Source: Candidatus Heimdallarchaeota archaeon (lineage in GTDB: Archaea > Asgardarchaeota > Heimdallarchaeia > Hodarchaeales > Hodarchaeaceae). From it: a stretch of 11,312 nt of DNA. The position numbers and the translations under genes were made by a program. Below the pieces are notes generated by a model, which had not been told where the DNA came from, made no database searches, and saw only the letters and a program-made list of their open reading frames with translations. Shown here one piece after another: positions 7,608 through 11,312 of the stretch (position 1 is its first letter; each line of letters opens with the position of its first letter). Location: the NCBI GenBank assembly GCA_019057635.1, contig DXJL01000055.1, positions 1 through 11,312 on the forward strand, given 5' to 3'.

Positions 7608-7973
7608 CTATTGGTCTTGACATGATGCAGTCCCAAGCTCGGAAAGCTGATTAGTGAGGAAGAAGGAGATTATGTCTTTGATAGGTTTATTGATTAACTC
7701 TGCATTGACGCGGTATGTTTTAATACCATATTCTTGTAAGATCATATAGGGACGCCCACCGATACCTCCTACGATGCAAACCTCGGCTCCATTCTGAGCA
7801 AACAGAGTGGGGAGAGCAGCACAAGAGTGTTGACCCTGCGGAGTAACGACATTAGTTTCCTTAATTTCTTTGTTTTCTACAGTTACAAAAGTTACTGATT
7901 CACATTTTCCAAAATGAGGATTAATACTAGACTCTAATCCTCCAGGGGGAAGAGTAGGAAAAACAAGCTTCAT
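7608..7973 (-). CDS. NifB/NifX-family (dinitrogenase Fe-Mo cofactor domain) metallocluster-binding protein
   Basis: INPHFGKCESVTFV and LFAQNGAEVCIVGGIGGRPYMILQEYGIKTY are characteristic of the family; size 121 aa. SD AGGAGA at 7984-7989 (- strand). Confidence 0.88.
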   Translation of the reverse strand: MKLVFPTLPPGGLESSINPHFGKCESVTFVTVENKEIKETNVVTPQGQHSCAALPTLFAQNGAEVCIVGGIGGRPYMILQEYGIKTYRVNAELINKPIKDIISFFLTNQLSELGTASCQDQ

Positions 7974-7996
7974 TTCAACACTATCTCCTGATTATA

Positions 7997-8034
7997 CGAC
8001 TGATAGTCGCAGAGTAAAGCTTGCTTTAAATTCT
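7997..8034 (-). promoter_or_regulatory. Candidate archaeal promoter with two palindromic operator-like sites upstream of the NifX-like gene
   Basis: The - strand reads AGAA-TTTAAAG (BRE/TATA-like, 8034-8024). Palindrome TAAAGC-TT-GCTTTA at 8015-8028 overlaps the TATA box. Palindrome CGACT-GAT-AGTCG at 7997-8009 lies where the start site would be expected. Confidence 0.5.
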
Positions 8035-8085
8035 TATGCTGGATTTAGTAAGACCGCATATTAGGATTCCAATAAAGAGTGCTGT

Positions 8086-8883
8086 TTAAATTTGGATTAC
8101 TTCCAGATCATATTCAGAAAGCCATGATCGGATTAGTTGTTTCCGTTTCATACTTTTTTTATCAAATAACGCAATTTTTGGAGTTGGAAATGTTTTTTGG
8201 ATCATTTGCTTAACTAATTCTTGCGTTAGATAAGGAATTGCGTATTTTGCACACATATGGCCAATAGCATGATCTGATTCACGCATTTGTTTGGTAAATT
8301 TTTGAGGATAATGATTTCCTCCAAACCCAATACTGGATATCCATGTCTTCTGACCGTAGAGGTTATCGAAATCCGTCATATTCACAGTTTCAGCTATGAG
8401 TCGACAGGCTTCTAAATCGTTCCATTGCTCCATTGAGGATCCAACCTCAATATATGTGATAGAATTTGGCGTGTATGGTCCATGATGAGTAACCTCAACA
8501 CTCGTTTCATATTCATACTTTAAATCATACTTTCCTGAGGAATGCAAATTGATAATGTTTAAAAACAACTGTTTTTGTAGATAAGCGTTACAATTGATCA
8601 GGGTACGATCTCTTCCGCCAAATTCTGCTTGGGAAAAATTACCAATAGGATGAAGCGTTAAACTGGGACGTAAACTTTTAGCCCTATGTCGGGATAAAAA
8701 GATTAATGTGCATTGAGTATTTGTTATATTTGAAGCGAGTTCTTCATCCGCAAAAATTGACTCACCTTGGATTATAATCGCTTTTTCTCGAAGAGGGCTC
8801 TTAATAAAATCTAAGATATTCATTCCAGCATTATCTACCTCGCTTGCTAAAACTTGAACCCGAAGATTAGAGTTGTTTGGCAT
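8086..8883 (-). CDS. dtdA: D-aminoacyl-tRNA deacylase, archaeal/plant DTD2 type
   Basis: Motifs IFLSRHRAKS..PSLTLHPIGNF..AEFGG, EVTHHGP, YIEVGSS..QW.D, IGFGGNHY, IGHMCAKY. ATG 8883 is preceded by AGGTG (8894-8890); alternative GTG 8892. Confidence 0.92.
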   Translation of the reverse strand: MPNNSNLRVQVLASEVDNAGMNILDFIKSPLREKAIIIQGESIFADEELASNITNTQCTLIFLSRHRAKSLRPSLTLHPIGNFSQAEFGGRDRTLINCNAYLQKQLFLNIINLHSSGKYDLKYEYETSVEVTHHGPYTPNSITYIEVGSSMEQWNDLEACRLIAETVNMTDFDNLYGQKTWISSIGFGGNHYPQKFTKQMRESDHAIGHMCAKYAIPYLTQELVKQMIQKTFPTPKIALFDKKSMKRKQLIRSWLSEYDLEVIQI

Positions 8884-8911
8884 TGGTAACACCTAAGATT
8901 ATTTTTTCATG

Positions 8912-10201
8912 TTATGGAGCCATACTCAAGGTAAAATAAGCTATTAGTATCTTTAGTGCATCTATAACTAAAGGTTTATTCAAGTTGGCTAGATTATCGT
9001 GTCGAGAATGAATAAGTTTACTCCCATTAATCAACCAATTAGTGGGATGACCATCGTATAACCAATGTGCAAAGTCAGACCCTGGATAAAAAAAACTAGC
9101 TCCTTTTAGCTCAATATCTAACTCCTTTGCAATCGAAGCTATACATGTATTAAATTCAGGATTCATAGAAGTTTTTATTAGAGGGTTGATTCCCTTAATA
9201 AATTTTAATGGAGGGTTTTCTCCAATCATATCGACAGAAATTACGTGAGTATTTTTATCCAATTGTGAATTTCGATGATAATACGATGATCCTATGAGGC
9301 CTGCTTCCTCCGCACTAAAAAACCCAAATGTAAATCTATAATCAGTCATATTCTGCATTTTTAAAAACTTAGCGAGCTCTAATAAGATGGCTACGCCACT
9401 TCCATCATCGATAATACCATGTGATTCATTACCTCTAAAACTACGTGAGATTAGCAGAAGTTCCAAAAGTATTAGAGCTGTTATTAATAGAATCACAAAA
9501 ACTGGGGTCAAAAACTCCATAAAATCCCATTCAAAATAGAATATACTTATGAAATTAATCGTGTATAGTATAGAAAAGAGAAAAAAGGAAATAAAACCTA
9601 ATATCCCTATTATTTTAGAAAATTTCATAGGAAGTATAGAAGAAATTGAATCAAAATGAGCAGTAAATAGAATTTGATGAGTTGCATTGGGATTACCGAT
9701 ATCGGTGACAACATTTTGACTGGTAATCAAGCTCGTTTTTTCACTTTCAGTTAATTTATTATTCCTTATTTTTGATTCTAATTCCTCTAATTTTTTCGCT
9801 CTTCGTCTGAAAAAGAATTTCACAACTGCTTCAAATCGGAATAATACGATAATTATTACTAAGGGTAATGATAGAGTTATCAGACCCAACATTTTGTTGT
9901 TGGTAAAATATAGAATATTTAGTAAACTGAGCAGTCCCCAGATTAGAACAATTAAAGGAAATCTTAGACTAGAGATTCTATTTGACTTTAAATAATGAAA
10001 TTCTTGGCTAATCGGTTCATAACCGAATCTTTTTAAGGTAGAAGCAATATAATCAGCAGCTTTTTTATCTCCAGCTGTACCAGATCTCTTAGGAAAATCT
10101 AACTGTTTTAAATGATGTATAGGATCAAATTTAGAAGAAAAAAGGTCCTCAATCTTCTGCTTTAGTTTCACTTCTGGAGAATTTGTTCTATTATCAACCA
10201 T
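8912..10201 (-). CDS. Membrane-embedded M28-family zinc metallopeptidase with four TM helices
   Basis: RSGTAGDKKAADYI, SQNVV, TAHFDS (H182), GIIDDGSGVAILLELA (D265), FSAEEAGLIGS (E298/E299), SVDMIG (D324), GSDF, IHSRHD (H398). Hydrophobic segments at aa ~81-99, 104-123, 197-223 and 231-251. Confidence 0.88.
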   Translation of the reverse strand: MVDNRTNSPEVKLKQKIEDLFSSKFDPIHHLKQLDFPKRSGTAGDKKAADYIASTLKRFGYEPISQEFHYLKSNRISSLRFPLIVLIWGLLSLLNILYFTNNKMLGLITLSLPLVIIIVLFRFEAVVKFFFRRRAKKLEELESKIRNNKLTESEKTSLITSQNVVTDIGNPNATHQILFTAHFDSISSILPMKFSKIIGILGFISFFLFSILYTINFISIFYFEWDFMEFLTPVFVILLITALILLELLLISRSFRGNESHGIIDDGSGVAILLELAKFLKMQNMTDYRFTFGFFSAEEAGLIGSSYYHRNSQLDKNTHVISVDMIGENPPLKFIKGINPLIKTSMNPEFNTCIASIAKELDIELKGASFFYPGSDFAHWLYDGHPTNWLINGSKLIHSRHDNLANLNKPLVIDALKILIAYFTLSMAP

Positions 10202-10236
10202 TTACAAACAAACCACACATTTACTATTTTTTCTGG

Positions 10237-10251
10237 CATATATATTTTAAA
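10237..10251 (-). promoter_or_regulatory. TATA-like element upstream of the M28 peptidase
   Basis: The - strand reads TTTAAAATATATATG about 35-50 nt upstream of ATG 10201. There is no evident SD, consistent with a short-leader archaeal transcript. Confidence 0.35.
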
Positions 10252-10269
10252 CAAACATCTAGGTAAGTA

Positions 10270-11289
10270 TTACCCCTGTTTTCTTCTGTTCTCTACTATT
10301 GGATATTTACCAATCTCACGGGCGTATCGATACATTTCTGTAATCGATTGGATATTATGCCCAGGATAGAGACTATTACTGGAGGAAAAAAGGAATCCGC
10401 CACCAGGTGCTCCTTGGTGTATAGTACGTTCAACCTCTTCCCTGACAAGAGTTAGATCTTCTTGACATAAAATGTGAGTAGTATCAACATTCCCCGCAAG
10501 CACAAGTTTCGTTCCATACTTCTGTTTGATTTTCTGTAAGTTAATACCAGCTTTTGATTCCAGTGAATGGACCCCTGAGAATCCCGCATCAATAATAAAA
10601 GGGAGTAAAGATTCAATATTTCCATCACTGTGCCAAATAATGGGAACTGAACAGTTTTTAACAATTTTTTTGTATTCTGGAAGGATTAACTCCTGAAACA
10701 TGCGAGGAGAAATCATGGGCCGACTATTATCTGCTGCATCGTCCCCTAAAACTATGAAATCCACCTCATTATTGACTGCTTCTTCAACAAGAGCAATTGT
10801 CCACAAAGTACTTCTGTCGATCACTGCTTTAACGAGTTCAATCTTATTATAACAAGCCAAAAAGAAATTTTCCATACCCATAGATAAGTAGGATAATCCG
10901 AGTGAACAATCATGCCAAGCATAAAATAGAGCATATTCTTCTTGATACTGATCTCTAATTTTCCTTACTTCCTTTGCAGGAAACCAATCCGCTGCATGGG
11001 ATAGGGGAGGAGTATATTGTTCTAAATCACGAAATGTTTTGAGTAATCCGCCACTGTATTGACCATCTTTGAAAATTCGACCCCACTCATCTATACCATT
11101 CTTATAGGCATTAGTATTGGAGGGATGATTTCCAAGTGGGAGACAATCCATCCCAAGTCGTATTCTAGTTGAGTAAGGATCTCCATTGAACTGTTCCATG
11201 ATTTCACTCTCAATCCAAGCCTCAAAAAGGGGCACATAATCTGGTTCCTGATGTTTTAGAGCTAATAGGACCCTCTCTTTTGAGTTCAT
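10270..11289 (-). CDS. Uroporphyrinogen decarboxylase / MtaA-CmuA methyltransferase superfamily protein (function uncertain)
   Basis: MNSKERVLLALKHQEPDYVP, DEWGR, MGMENF, LGDDAA....PMISPRMFQELILPEYKKI, IIWHSDGN, LAGNVD, PGGGFLFSSSNSL. ATG 11289 with AGGTG SD at 11303-11299; alternative GTG 11292. Confidence 0.88.
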   Translation of the reverse strand: MNSKERVLLALKHQEPDYVPLFEAWIESEIMEQFNGDPYSTRIRLGMDCLPLGNHPSNTNAYKNGIDEWGRIFKDGQYSGGLLKTFRDLEQYTPPLSHAADWFPAKEVRKIRDQYQEEYALFYAWHDCSLGLSYLSMGMENFFLACYNKIELVKAVIDRSTLWTIALVEEAVNNEVDFIVLGDDAADNSRPMISPRMFQELILPEYKKIVKNCSVPIIWHSDGNIESLLPFIIDAGFSGVHSLESKAGINLQKIKQKYGTKLVLAGNVDTTHILCQEDLTLVREEVERTIHQGAPGGGFLFSSSNSLYPGHNIQSITEMYRYAREIGKYPIVENRRKQG

Positions 11290-11312
11290 CACGGGTTACA
11301 CCTGTCAAGAGC

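Noticed and set aside
7608-7973. Nitrogen fixation inferred from the NifX-like gene
   Set aside because: No nifH/D/K/E/N in the window, and the domain is common in non-diazotrophs.
10206-10256. AAACAAAC direct repeat at 10206-10213 and 10249-10256
   Set aside because: Low-complexity 8-mer in an AT-rich spacer; not enough to call a site.
10452-10664. 70-aa ORF nested in the URO-D-like gene
   Set aside because: Out-of-frame overlap with a conserved gene region; no independent evidence.
11289-11312. 3' end of an upstream - strand gene overlapping the URO-D-like start (TGATG)
   Set aside because: Only seven sense codons are visible at the window edge; this cannot be supported.

Overview
An AT-rich, gene-dense prokaryotic chromosomal window with 10 credible CDSs. 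I found no RNA gene, CRISPR array or mobile element. Gene content points to an archaeon, probably an Asgard archaeon (inference, possibly Heimdallarchaeia-like): an archaeal DTD2-type D-aminoacyl-tRNA deacylase, GGTG/GGAG-type Shine-Dalgarno sites, TTTAAA boxes and two large paralogous TPR proteins, one ending in a longin-like domain. The + strand (1-7242) carries a 5'-truncated coiled-coil/2-TM membrane protein, two tandem Zn-independent MDR (quinone-oxidoreductase-like) reductases and the two TPR solenoid paralogues. The - strand (11289 to 7312) carries a URO-D/MtaA-fold protein with atypical motifs, an M28 metallopeptidase with two inserted TM hairpins, dtdA, a NifB/NifX-family protein and a TIGR04076-like Cys-containing protein. 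Best leads: (i) the TPR+longin / TPR-without-longin pair; (ii) a small nifX-like + TIGR04076-like unit with its own candidate promoter carrying two palindromes; (iii) the 4-TM M28 peptidase with a predicted cytoplasm-facing active site. All family calls come from motif recognition by eye, not database searches.
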